A stretch of DNA of 54,966 bases. Origin: an uncultured Clostridia bacterium. GTDB taxonomy: Bacteria; Bacillota; Clostridia; Oscillospirales; Oscillospiraceae. The notes under the pieces are model-generated. The model saw only the letters and a program-made list of their open reading frames with translations. It was not told where the DNA came from and searched no databases. Positions 25,380-34,285 of this stretch are shown piece after piece. The stretch spans positions 1 through 54,966 of the forward strand of contig CAMONN010000001.1 of assembly GCA_946620645.1 (NCBI GenBank). The letters are read 5' to 3'. The stretch's first letter is position 1. Every line of letters starts with the position of its first letter. The translations under genes and the position numbers were made by a program.

Positions 25380-28097
25380 ATGGCAAGAGAAATTCTGTTT
25401 AAACTCGGCGCCATGATCACCGACCGCCTTCCCTACAAGTTCGGGTTAAAGAAACTCACGGAGGAGGATCCGGAGTATATCATTCTCGACCGGGCGCTGG
25501 AGAGCGATGAGCAGGCGGAGATCATGCTGAAGATGGGTCTGCGCAAGCCCAAGACACTGGCGGAGCTCAGCAAACTGACCGGCAAGAGCGAAGCGCATAT
25601 TGAGGAGCTGCTGGAGAAGGCGGCACGGACCGGTGCGGTGGAGTATAACTGGTCCAATCCCAGCAAGACCAAACAGTACTATGTACAGGTCTTTGTCCCC
25701 GGCATTGCCGAAATGACGAATATGACGCCCTTCCTGATGGAGAAGTACCCGGAACTGGGCGACAAATTCAACGATATGACCTATCTGCCGCTTGCGGGCA
25801 TTACGCATCTGGTACCGCCCGGCGGCGCCGGCATCGGCATGCACGTGATCCCGGTGGAGGCTGCCATCCCCGCGGAAAACCAGGTGATGGACCATGAGCG
25901 TCTGTCCAAATGGCTGGAGAAGTACGACGGACATATTAACGTGGGCTACTGTTCCTGCCGCAACGCCCGGCGCATCAAGGGCGAGGGCTCCGGCGAGATG
26001 CAGGATGAGTGCTGCATCGGCGTCGGTGAGTTTGCCGACTACATGTATGAAACCGGGCGCGGCCGCAACATTACCAAGGAGGAGGCGCTGCAGATCCTCA
26101 AGCGGGCGGAAGAGAACGGCTATGTCCACCAGACCACCAACATTGACGGAAAAGACAAGATTTTCGCCATCTGCAACTGCGACCTGGGCGTGTGCTTTGC
26201 CCTGCGCACCAGCCAGCTCTTTAACACGCCGAACCTCTCCGCCTCGGCCTACCGGGCCCATGTGCAGAAGGAAAAGTGTGTGGCCTGCGGCAAGTGCGTG
26301 GAGGTCTGTCCTGCCGGTGCCGTAAAGCTGGGCCAGAAGCTCTGCACCAAAAACGGCGAGGTCCAGTATCCGAAGCAGAAGCTCCCCGATCTTACCTGGA
26401 GTGAGAAGGACTGGAACCGCAACTATGTGGCGGACAACCGCAAGAACTGTCACGAGAGCGGCACCGCCCCCTGCAAGACCGCCTGCCCCGCCCATATCGC
26501 CATTCAGGGCTACATTCAGCTGGCCAAGGAGGGCCGCTATCTGGATGCGCTGAAGCTCATCAAGCAGGATAACCCCTTCCCCTCGGTCTGCGGCTATGTC
26601 TGCAACCGCCGCTGCGAAGACGCCTGCACCCGCGGCTCGCTGGATAAGGCCGTGGCCATTGATGAAATCAAAAAGTTCATTGCCGAGCAGGATCTCAAGA
26701 GTGAAGACCGCTATATCGCCGAACCCCATTACCGCCGTCCGGTGGATATCCCCTATGAGCAGAAAGTTGCCGTTATCGGCGCCGGCCCTGCCGGTCTCAG
26801 CTGCGCCTATTACCTGGCGAATATGGGCTACCGGAACGTCACGGTTTTCGACCGCAATCCCCAGCCCGGCGGCATGCTTGTCATGGGCATCCCCAGCTAC
26901 CGTCTGGACCGCAGCGCTCTCAAAGGTGAGATTGAGGTCCTGGAGAAAATGGGCGTCCACTTTAAGATGAACACCGAAATCGGCAAGGATATTACCATCC
27001 AGCAGCTCCGGGATGAGGGGTACAAAGCCTTCTATGTGGCCATCGGCGCCCAGAAGAGCTCCGGGCTGAACATCCCGGGCGAAGAGCTGAAGGGCGTCTT
27101 CGGCGGTGTGGACTTCCTGCGTCAGGTGAACCTGGGCAAGAAGCCCAAAATCGGCAAGAAGTGCGCCGTCATCGGCGGCGGCAATGTGGCGATGGACGTC
27201 TGCCGCACGGCGGTCCGTCTCGGTGCGGAGACTTACGTCATCTACCGCCGCAGCGAGGCTGAGATGCCTGCGGACAGAGAAGAAGTCGCCGAGGCACTGG
27301 CAGAGGGTGTGAAGTTCTGCTATCTGAACGCCCCGGTTGAAGTGCTGGGCAAGGACGGCAAGGTCACGGGTCTGAAAGTGGAGCTTATGGAACTGGGCGA
27401 GCCGGACGAAAAGGGACGCCGTAAACCGGTGGGCACCGGAAGGTTTGAAACCCTTGAGGTCAGCTCCGTCATCGCGGCGGTGGGTCAGGTCATCGACTGG
27501 GGCAAGCTGGATACCGGCGCTCTCGAGATCGGCAAAAAAGGCAATGCTGTCGCCGACGCCCGTACTTACCAGACCGCCCAGAAGGACATCTTCGTCGGCG
27601 GCGATGTGTACACCGGGCCGAAATTCGCCATTGACGCGATTGCCGCGGGCCGCGAAGGCGCGGAGTCCATCCACCGCTTTGTGAACGACGGACAGGATCT
27701 GCTCATCGGAAGAAATCTGCGTGAATTCTATGAGCTGGACAAGGACAGCATCGTTGTCGGAGTTGACTGCTTCGACCGCCCGGCCCGTCAGCCGGTGCTG
27801 CACGATGCATCAAAGGCCAGATCCTTCGAGCATGACCGCCTCACCTTCACCGAGGAGCAGGTCAAGGCGGAGGCAAGCCGCTGCCTGGGCTGCGGAGTCA
27901 GCGTGGTGGATCAGAACAAGTGCATCGGCTGCGGTCTTTGCACCACCAGATGCATGTTCGACGCCATTCACCTGCAGCGGGATATGCCGGAGGCCACCAA
28001 CATGGTTGCCTGCGAAGACCGGGTGAAGGCCCTGCTGCCCTATGTTGCGAAAATGGGCGGAAACATTGTCATCAAAAAACTGACAGGCAGATCATAA
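25380..28097 (+). CDS. Large multi-cluster Fe-S flavoprotein: Cys-rich N-terminal module, GltD-like NAD(P)H/FAD oxidoreductase, and a C-terminal ferredoxin domain
   Basis: The ATG at 25380 follows GGAAAGGAGA. Motifs in order: CVACGKCVEVCP; the GltD-type CKTACP...CGYVCNRRCEDAC; two Rossmann motifs (VAVIGAGPAG, CAVIGGGNVA); and C-terminal CLGCG...CIGCGLCTTRC. Confidence 0.8.
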   Translation: MAREILFKLGAMITDRLPYKFGLKKLTEEDPEYIILDRALESDEQAEIMLKMGLRKPKTLAELSKLTGKSEAHIEELLEKAARTGAVEYNWSNPSKTKQYYVQVFVPGIAEMTNMTPFLMEKYPELGDKFNDMTYLPLAGITHLVPPGGAGIGMHVIPVEAAIPAENQVMDHERLSKWLEKYDGHINVGYCSCRNARRIKGEGSGEMQDECCIGVGEFADYMYETGRGRNITKEEALQILKRAEENGYVHQTTNIDGKDKIFAICNCDLGVCFALRTSQLFNTPNLSASAYRAHVQKEKCVACGKCVEVCPAGAVKLGQKLCTKNGEVQYPKQKLPDLTWSEKDWNRNYVADNRKNCHESGTAPCKTACPAHIAIQGYIQLAKEGRYLDALKLIKQDNPFPSVCGYVCNRRCEDACTRGSLDKAVAIDEIKKFIAEQDLKSEDRYIAEPHYRRPVDIPYEQKVAVIGAGPAGLSCAYYLANMGYRNVTVFDRNPQPGGMLVMGIPSYRLDRSALKGEIEVLEKMGVHFKMNTEIGKDITIQQLRDEGYKAFYVAIGAQKSSGLNIPGEELKGVFGGVDFLRQVNLGKKPKIGKKCAVIGGGNVAMDVCRTAVRLGAETYVIYRRSEAEMPADREEVAEALAEGVKFCYLNAPVEVLGKDGKVTGLKVELMELGEPDEKGRRKPVGTGRFETLEVSSVIAAVGQVIDWGKLDTGALEIGKKGNAVADARTYQTAQKDIFVGGDVYTGPKFAIDAIAAGREGAESIHRFVNDGQDLLIGRNLREFYELDKDSIVVGVDCFDRPARQPVLHDASKARSFEHDRLTFTEEQVKAEASRCLGCGVSVVDQNKCIGCGLCTTRCMFDAIHLQRDMPEATNMVACEDRVKALLPYVAKMGGNIVIKKLTGRS

Positions 28098-28112
28098 CGG
28101 CAATACAGCGGC

Positions 28113-28146
28113 GGCCGGCCCCTGAAAAGGGGCCGGCTGTTTTTAT
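28113..28146 (+). terminator. Rho-independent terminator
   Basis: Stem CCGGCCCC/GGGGCCGG with loop TGAAAA, followed by CTGTTTTT. Confidence 0.7.
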
Positions 28147-28270
28147 GTAAGGCCAGGGAACCCGGACCGGACAGATCCCGAAGCTGTCGCTTTTTTGCGA
28201 CTCGATTTGAGTATAATGGCAGATGAAAGGAAAAATGAAAAGCGCCGGCAGGCGGGAAAGGGGACAGAAA

Positions 28271-28390
28271 ATGTGCGGATATTACTCAAGCAACGGGTTC
28301 TGGGGTCTGGTAGACGGGAAATACAGGCTGTTCGCTTCGGAGGAGGACTATTACGACATTGCGGAAGACGGAAAGGAGGATGCGGCATGA
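28271..28390 (+). CDS. Small ORF (39 aa), hypothetical
   Basis: SD AAGGGGA, then ATG. Translation: MCGYYSSNGFWGLVDGKYRLFASEEDYYDIAEDGKEDAA*. Its stop overlaps the next ATG (ATGA). It is too short to appear in the supplied track. Confidence 0.35.
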   Translation: MCGYYSSNGFWGLVDGKYRLFASEEDYYDIAEDGKEDAA

Positions 28391-28563
28391 GCGTCAGAAA
28401 ACAGGCGGAAAGAATCGGTTTTCAGGTTGTGGGAGAGCTCACGCGGAATACAGATCTGGAGCCTACTCATCTCTACCAGTGCTACCTGGATGAAGCGGCC
28501 AACAAGTACATTCTCCGGCGCGGGATTCTGACAATTGTGGCCGCGGACGGCAGAGTGCTGTGA
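28387..28563 (+). CDS. Small ORF (58 aa), hypothetical
   Basis: SD GGAAAGGAGGA, 6 nt, then ATG. Translation: MSVRKQAERIGFQVVGELTRNTDLEPTHLYQCYLDEAANKYILRRGILTIVAADGRVL*. This is the 3' part of track ORF 28195..28563, whose 5' extension is Arg-rich and looks non-coding. Confidence 0.45.
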   Translation: MSVRKQAERIGFQVVGELTRNTDLEPTHLYQCYLDEAANKYILRRGILTIVAADGRVL

Positions 28564-28599
28564 GAGGGCGGGGTTTTTGGCGGAAAGAGAAAAAAGGAC

Positions 28600-28628
28600 T
28601 TGCAGGCCGGGCGGAATTCCGATACAAT
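28600..28628 (+). promoter_or_regulatory. SigA-type promoter for ridA
   Basis: TTGCAG, 17-nt spacer, TACAAT. Confidence 0.45.
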
Positions 28629-28680
28629 CAAAACAGTCAAATCCTGTTTTATGATCAATTCGGAAGGGGAAACGAGAACC

Positions 28681-29049
28681 ATGAAAAGCATCCATACTGA
28701 AAACGCTCCCGCTGCCATCGGCCCTTACTCTCAAGGCTTTGAGGCCGCCGGACTCATCTTTACCTCCGGCCAGATCGCCATTGACCCGGCTACCGGCAAT
28801 GTTCCCGAAGGGATTGCCGCCCAGACCGAGCAGAGCTGCAAAAACGTGATGGCTATTCTGAAGGCGGCGGGCTCTTCTGCCGAGAAGGTGGTCAAAACCA
28901 CCTGTTTTCTGGCGGATATCGCGGATTTTGCCGCCTTTAACGAGGTCTATGCCCGCTACTTTACTTCGAAGCCGGCCAGAAGCTGCTTTGCCGTAAAGGC
29001 GCTGCCCAAGGGCGTTCTCTGCGAAATCGAAGCAATCGCCGAAAAATAA
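28681..29049 (+). CDS. ridA: RidA / YjgF-family reactive intermediate deaminase
   Basis: MKSIHTENAPAAIGPYSQG...GQIAIDP..G... is the canonical RidA pattern. The start at 28681 follows GGAAGGGGA. Confidence 0.9.
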   Translation: MKSIHTENAPAAIGPYSQGFEAAGLIFTSGQIAIDPATGNVPEGIAAQTEQSCKNVMAILKAAGSSAEKVVKTTCFLADIADFAAFNEVYARYFTSKPARSCFAVKALPKGVLCEIEAIAEK

Positions 29050-29110
29050 ACCGAACCGGCGGGTTCAGATAAAATCCGCCGGCAGGGACAGTTGAGACCA
29101 AACAAGTTAA

Positions 29111-29240
29111 CATCGCATCCTCCACCCGCGGAAAGCGGGACACGGAATCGGGTGAAATTCCCGGCGAGTCGGTCACTGTGAAGCCGCGGCCGCCGTATGG
29201 GCGGCCTGTGGATGAGTCAGATACGTGGGGGGATGCGGTG
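29111..29240 (+). promoter_or_regulatory. Cobalamin (B12) riboswitch aptamer
   Basis: P1 is CATCGCATCC / GGATGCGGTG. Core elements are GGGACACGGAATCGGGTGAAATTCCCG and GGTCACTGT. The B12-box-like element is GAGTCAGATACGTGG. It lies directly upstream of the cbi operon. Confidence 0.85.
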
Positions 29241-29294
29241 CTTCTGCCGGAACCGGAAGCACGTTTCGGGATGCGGGAAGCCGCATCCCGGTTT

Positions 29295-29327
29295 GACGTG
29301 CCTTTTGGAGGCACGTCTTTTCTTTTT
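29295..29327 (+). terminator. Riboswitch expression-platform terminator
   Basis: 9-bp stem GACGTGCCT/AGGCACGTC with a 5-nt loop and a TTTTCTTTTT tail. It ends 15 nt before the cbiF ATG. Confidence 0.8.
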
Positions 29328-29342
29328 GGAGGCAAAGCGCTT

Positions 29343-30164
29343 ATGGTTCATTTTGTCGGAGCGGGGCCGGGGGCCCCGGATCTGATTACACTGCGGGGGG
29401 CAAGGCTCCTGCGGGAGGCGGATCAGGTTATTTATACCGGGAGCCTGGTGAATACAGAGCTTCTGTCCGGCTGCCGGGCAGACTGCAGAATTCTCAACAG
29501 CGCCGAAATGACGCTGGAGGAAGTGATCGGGGCCATAGAACAGGCAGAGGCGGAAGAACGGATGACCGTGCGCCTGCATACCGGAGATCCCAGCCTTTAC
29601 GGCGCCATCCGGGAGCAGATGAACAGCCTTGACGCGCTGGGAATTGCCTATGACATAACGCCGGGTGTCTCCAGCTTCTGCGGAGCTGCCGCGGCGGTGC
29701 AGACAGAGTATACGGTCCCGGGCATCAGTCAGACACTGATTCTGACCCGCATGGCGGGGCGTACCCCGGTACCGGAAGGGGAGAGCATCCATGCGCTGGC
29801 ATCCCACGGCAGTTCCATGGCGGTGTTTCTCTCCGCCGGAATGCTGGCGGGGCTGCAGGAGGAACTGCTCCGGGGCGCATATACGGCGGACACCCCTGCG
29901 GCTCTGGTATACAAAGCAAGCTGGCCGGATGAAAAGCTGCTGCGCTGCACGGTGGGCACCCTGGCGGAGAGCGCGGAGAAGGAGCGCATCACCAGGACGG
30001 CGCTGGTCCTGGTCGGGGATTTCCTGGGAGGACGCGGAGCCCGCAGCCGCCTGTATGCCCCGGATTTCAGCACCGGATTTCGAAAGGGAACCGGGGAGGG
30101 GGAGCAGAGACCCGCAACGGGAGAAAGCGGGAGCGCTCTGCGGGAAGGAGAAACACGGTCATGA
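29343..30164 (+). CDS. cbiF: Cobalt-precorrin-4 C11-methyltransferase
   Basis: MVHFVGAGPGAPDLITLRG...IYTGSLV...HTGDPSLYGA is the class III tetrapyrrole methylase pattern. The track ORF's 5' extension (29178-29342) covers the riboswitch and terminator. Confidence 0.9.
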   Translation: MVHFVGAGPGAPDLITLRGARLLREADQVIYTGSLVNTELLSGCRADCRILNSAEMTLEEVIGAIEQAEAEERMTVRLHTGDPSLYGAIREQMNSLDALGIAYDITPGVSSFCGAAAAVQTEYTVPGISQTLILTRMAGRTPVPEGESIHALASHGSSMAVFLSAGMLAGLQEELLRGAYTADTPAALVYKASWPDEKLLRCTVGTLAESAEKERITRTALVLVGDFLGGRGARSRLYAPDFSTGFRKGTGEGEQRPATGESGSALREGETRS

Positions 30165-31345
30165 CAGTGACGCTGGTTGGCTGCGGCTGCGGAAGCCTGA
30201 CCCGGGAAGCGCAGGAGAGCCTGGAGAGCGCGGAACTGCTGATCGGCGCCGACAGGCTGCTGCGGCAATACGGAAAAGGGAAAAAGACAGCGGCGGCAGT
30301 GACGCCGGAAGCCGTGCTGGGCGCAATCCGGGCAGAGGGCAGCGGGTCAGTCTGCATTCTGCTGAGCGGTGACAGCGGCTTCTATTCCGGGATGCGGCGG
30401 CTTGCTCCCATCCTGGAAAAAGAGGCGGAGACGGAGCTGCGGGTTCTGCCCGGCATCTCCAGTGTCCAGGCCTTCGCGGCTCGGCTGAGGCGGCCCTGGC
30501 AGGACTGGGAGCTCTGCTCCGCCCACGGAACGGACTGCGATGCAGTGGCGGCGGTGTGCAAGGGAAAGCCCGCCTTTTTTCTGACCGGAGGGCGGCAGGG
30601 CCCCGCACAGCTCTGCAGGGAGCTGGCGGACGCCGGGCTGGATACACTGCCCGTAAGCGTCGGCGAGAACTTCGGAACGGGAGAAGAGCGCATTCTGACG
30701 GGTACAGCCGGCGCCTTTGCGACACGGGACTTTGCCCCTCTGAGCGTACTGCTGGCGGAGGCAGCCCCGCGGCCAGAGAATCGAACGCCGGGGCTTCCGG
30801 ATGAGAGTTTCCTGCGGGAGGATAAAATCCCCATGACCAAGCAGGAGGTCCGGGCTGCGGCACTGGCGAAACTCGGGGTCGGACCGGAAGATGTCTGCTG
30901 GGATATCGGGGCGGGAACCGGCAGCGTTGCCGTTGAACTGGCGCTGCAGGGGCGGGCCGTGTATGCGGTGGAGAAAAACAGCAGGGCCCTTGAACTTGCC
31001 GGAGAAAACCGCCGGAAGCACGGGGCGTGGAATCTCCGCCTTGTTCACGGCCGGGCACCGGAGGCCCTTGCCGCACTTCCGAAGCCTGATGCGGTTTTCG
31101 TGGGCGGCAGCGGCGGAGCGCTGCGGGAGATCCTGGGTGCTCTGCCGGCTGCAAATCCCCAGGTGAGAATCTGCGTGGCGGCCGTCACCCTGGAGACAGT
31201 ACATGAGACGCTGGAAATCCTTCGAAATCCGGGGTTTGAAACGGAAATCTGCCAGATTGCGGTCAGCCGCGGCAGAATGGCCGGAGATCGGACGCTGATG
31301 GCGGCGCAGAACCCGGTGTGGCTTATCAGCGGACGGGGAAAATGA
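30161..31345 (+). CDS. cbiET: Cobalt-precorrin-6B/7 C5,C15-methyltransferase and decarboxylase (CbiE-CbiT fusion)
   Basis: The N-terminal tetrapyrrole methylase domain is present (LVGCGCG...SGDSGFYS). The C-terminal CbiT SAM-binding motif is present (MTKQEVRA...DIGAGTGSVAVE). Confidence 0.85.
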   Translation: MTVTLVGCGCGSLTREAQESLESAELLIGADRLLRQYGKGKKTAAAVTPEAVLGAIRAEGSGSVCILLSGDSGFYSGMRRLAPILEKEAETELRVLPGISSVQAFAARLRRPWQDWELCSAHGTDCDAVAAVCKGKPAFFLTGGRQGPAQLCRELADAGLDTLPVSVGENFGTGEERILTGTAGAFATRDFAPLSVLLAEAAPRPENRTPGLPDESFLREDKIPMTKQEVRAAALAKLGVGPEDVCWDIGAGTGSVAVELALQGRAVYAVEKNSRALELAGENRRKHGAWNLRLVHGRAPEALAALPKPDAVFVGGSGGALREILGALPAANPQVRICVAAVTLETVHETLEILRNPGFETEICQIAVSRGRMAGDRTLMAAQNPVWLISGRGK

Positions 31346-32715
31346 TGAAAATGCTGATGATAACCGCCATGCACTCGGGCGCCGGAAAGACGGTGATGAG
31401 CTGCGCGGTGATGGCGGCGCTGAAAAACAGAGGAATCCGTATCCAGCCCTTCAAATGCGGGCCCGATTATATTGATCCCATGTTCCATGAACGGGTGACG
31501 GGCGTTCCGGGCAGGAATCTGGATCTCTTTCTCCAGGGAGAGGCCGGTGTCAGACGCACACTGAAGCGCGCGGAAAGGCAAACGGGCGCGGGATATGGCC
31601 TGGCGGAAGCCGCTATGGGCTACTATGACGGGATAAACGGCACCGACCGGGCCAGCGCATGGGACACTGCGAGGCGGCTCGGGCTTCCGGCGGTTCTGGT
31701 ACTCCGCCCTGAAGGGGGAGGTGTCAGTCTTGCCGCACAGGTAAAGGGAATGCTGAGCTTCCGGCCGGAGAACGGAATCCGCGGGCTGCTGCTTTCCGGC
31801 TGCAGCGCGGGGCTTGCGGCATACCTGAAACCGATACTGGAGCGGGAAACCGGGCTGCCGCTTCTGGGCTTTCTGCCGTCTATGCCGGAGGCCGAGGTGG
31901 AAAGCCGGCATCTGGGACTTTTAACAGCGGGTGAAATCCGGGACCTGCCGGCGAGACTCTCCCGCCTTGCCGCTGCGGCAGAAGAGCATATAGACATGGA
32001 GATGCTGCTCTCCCTGTTTGAAGAGCCCCGGAGGGTGTGCTGCGAAGAGAGGGAAGAGTCCTTCGGACCGGCGCCGGCGCGCTGCCGCATTGCGGTGGCG
32101 AAGGATGAGGCGTTCTGCTTTATCTATGCCGACACCCTGGACGCCCTGCGGGAGGCAGGTGCAGAGCTCTGCTTTTTCAGTCCTTTGCACGACAGGAGGC
32201 TGCCGGAGTCTGCTGACGGGCTCTATCTTCCCGGAGGGTATCCGGAACTGTACGCGGGGGCGCTTTCCAGAAACGGGGAGATGCGCAGAAGCGTTGCGGA
32301 AGCCATACAGCGGGGAATGCCTGCGGTGGCGGAATGCGGAGGATTCCTGTATCTGCAGGAGAGCCTGGAGGACACGGAGAGAAAAGTTTTCCCCATGTGC
32401 GGGGTTCTGGCGGGAAAGGCCTTCAAGACTGGGAAACTGCAGCGGTTCGGTTACCTGAAGCTGACGGAGGACGCAGATTCGCTGCTCTTTTGCAGCGGAG
32501 AGGAGATCCCTGCCCATGAGTTTCACTACTGGGATACGACAGCGCCCGGAGCGGCGCTCCGGGCGGAAAAGGAAAACGGAAGAGCCTGGCGCTGCGCGGT
32601 GACGGGGAAAAGCCTGTACGCGGGCTTCCCGCATCTGCATTTTGACGGGAAGGCGCCGCTGGCGGCACGGTTTGAAAGGGCCTGTGAGGAATGGCGAAGA
32701 GAGAAGAACAGCTAA
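31342..32715 (+). CDS. cbiA: Cobyrinate a,c-diamide synthase
   Basis: SGAGKT P-loop, FKCGPDYIDP, and a C-terminal glutamine amidotransferase domain (AECGGFLYL). ATGA overlap with cbiET. Confidence 0.9.
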   Translation: MMKMLMITAMHSGAGKTVMSCAVMAALKNRGIRIQPFKCGPDYIDPMFHERVTGVPGRNLDLFLQGEAGVRRTLKRAERQTGAGYGLAEAAMGYYDGINGTDRASAWDTARRLGLPAVLVLRPEGGGVSLAAQVKGMLSFRPENGIRGLLLSGCSAGLAAYLKPILERETGLPLLGFLPSMPEAEVESRHLGLLTAGEIRDLPARLSRLAAAAEEHIDMEMLLSLFEEPRRVCCEEREESFGPAPARCRIAVAKDEAFCFIYADTLDALREAGAELCFFSPLHDRRLPESADGLYLPGGYPELYAGALSRNGEMRRSVAEAIQRGMPAVAECGGFLYLQESLEDTERKVFPMCGVLAGKAFKTGKLQRFGYLKLTEDADSLLFCSGEEIPAHEFHYWDTTAPGAALRAEKENGRAWRCAVTGKSLYAGFPHLHFDGKAPLAARFERACEEWRREKNS

Positions 32716-33779
32716 AGCGGCTGATTGCTGCCGTCACACCGCCGGACGAGACCGCCCGGGCGCGTGCGAAAGAGCAGTGGGACAGCCTGGCGAAGCCGCT
32801 TTCAAGCCTCGGGCTGCTGGAGGACGCGGTTACAAAACTGGCGGCGCTGCAGGAAACGAGCTGCGTGCAGGTCTCGTCTCCCCGCCTTGCGGTCTTCTGC
32901 GCGGATAACGGCGTTGTTGCCCGGGGTGTTACGCAGTGCGGGAGCGAGGTGACGGCAAAGGTTGCCGTTGCCCTTGCGGAGAACCGGAGCAGCGTGAGCC
33001 CTCTCGCAGCTGCGGCGGAATGCCCCGTGATCCCGGTGGATATGGGTATGCTGGATTTCGGGGGACATCCCGGAGTGCGGAACCTTCGCATCCGAAACGG
33101 GACCGGTGACATTTCCTGCGGCCCCGCCATGAGCCGGGAGGAATGCCTGAGGGCGATGCTCTCCGGAGCGGAGCTTGCGAGAGAGCTGACGGAAAAGGGA
33201 ACCGATCTTCTGCTGGTGGGGGAAATGGGCATCGGCAATACCACCACGGCAGCGGCTGTGACGGCGGTGCTGCTGGAGCTGCCCCCCGGGCAGGTCGTGG
33301 GCAGAGGGGCTGGACTTTCCGATGAAGGACTTGAGCGCAAGAGGGAGGCCCTCCGGAGAGCGCTGCGTCTGAACTGTCCGGATCCGCGGGATCCGGTGGA
33401 CGTGCTGGCAAAGGTTGGAGGGCTGGACCTTGCGGCCATGTGCGGGGCATATCTCGGCGCGGCCGCCTGCAGGACGGGGGTCCTGCTGGACGGCATTGTA
33501 GGGATTGTGGCAGCACTCTGCGCCTGCCGCCTCTGCCCGGCGGCGGGAAAGGCGCTGCTGGCCAGCCATGTTTCTGCTGAGCCGGCCGCACCGCGGATCC
33601 TGGAGGCGGTCGGACTGGAGGCGCCCCTTCACGCGCGGCTATGCCTGGGAGAAGGCAGCGGCGCGGTACTGATGCTGGAGCTTCTGAAGATGGCGCTGGG
33701 GCTTTACCGCAGCGGGCAGAGCTTTACGCGCCTCGGTATAGAGCCCTATGTGCCCCAGACGGAGGAGAAGACATGCTGA
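32691..33779 (+). CDS. cobT: Nicotinate-nucleotide--dimethylbenzimidazole phosphoribosyltransferase
   Basis: WDSLAKPLSSLGLLED...FCADNGV...GEMGIGNTT...LDGI are CobT hallmarks. Confidence 0.9.
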   Translation: MAKREEQLKRLIAAVTPPDETARARAKEQWDSLAKPLSSLGLLEDAVTKLAALQETSCVQVSSPRLAVFCADNGVVARGVTQCGSEVTAKVAVALAENRSSVSPLAAAAECPVIPVDMGMLDFGGHPGVRNLRIRNGTGDISCGPAMSREECLRAMLSGAELARELTEKGTDLLLVGEMGIGNTTTAAAVTAVLLELPPGQVVGRGAGLSDEGLERKREALRRALRLNCPDPRDPVDVLAKVGGLDLAAMCGAYLGAAACRTGVLLDGIVGIVAALCACRLCPAAGKALLASHVSAEPAAPRILEAVGLEAPLHARLCLGEGSGAVLMLELLKMALGLYRSGQSFTRLGIEPYVPQTEEKTC

Positions 33780-34285
33780 ACCTGATCCTGGGCGGAGCCG
33801 GCAGCGGGAAAAGCGCCCTGGCGGAGGCGCTGGTGCAGAAATTTCCGGGTCCGCGGGTTTACCTTGCCACCATGACGGCGACGGACACAGAGAGCCTGGA
33901 GCGTATCCGCCGCCACCGGGAAATGCGGAAAGGCAAGGGATTCATGACCCTGGAGCGCGGCGAAAACCTGGCCGGGGTGCAGGTGCCTGAGGGAGCAAAC
34001 GTGCTGCTGGAGGACCTTGCAAACCTGCTGGCGAATGAGATGTTCGGCCCGAACAACGGAGGCCCGGATGCAGTGTGGCGGGGGCTTGAGGGCCTGCGGA
34101 GCCGCTGCGCGAGCCTTACCGTGGTGAGCAGCGATGTTTTTTCCGGAGGAAGAAACTATGAGGAAGAAAGCCTTCGATACCTTCGGAATCTGGCGGAACT
34201 CAACCGGCGGCTTGCCGGCGGGGCGGAGCTGGTGGTGGAAGCGGTGTGCGGGATTCCAAACGTGCTGAAGGGGAAGCTGCCATGA
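33773..34285 (+). CDS. cobU: Adenosylcobinamide kinase / adenosylcobinamide-phosphate guanylyltransferase
   Basis: P-loop GGAGSGKS and the IRRHREMR His region. The segment equivalent to NEVGxGIVP is divergent (SSDVFSGG). The start overlaps the cobT stop. Confidence 0.8.
   Translation: MLNLILGGAGSGKSALAEALVQKFPGPRVYLATMTATDTESLERIRRHREMRKGKGFMTLERGENLAGVQVPEGANVLLEDLANLLANEMFGPNNGGPDAVWRGLEGLRSRCASLTVVSSDVFSGGRNYEEESLRYLRNLAELNRRLAGGAELVVEAVCGIPNVLKGKLP

Noticed and set aside
25446-27803. 785-aa minus-strand ORF antisense to the Fe-S flavoprotein.
   Set aside because: The plus-strand frame carries textbook ferredoxin and Rossmann motifs. The antisense product is featureless and rich in Ala, Gly, Leu and Arg.
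29178-29342. 5' extension of the cbiF ORF (an extra 55 codons).
   Set aside because: This stretch contains the 3' half of the cobalamin riboswitch and its terminator. The conserved CbiF N-terminus (MVHFVGAGPG) begins at 29343, after an SD.
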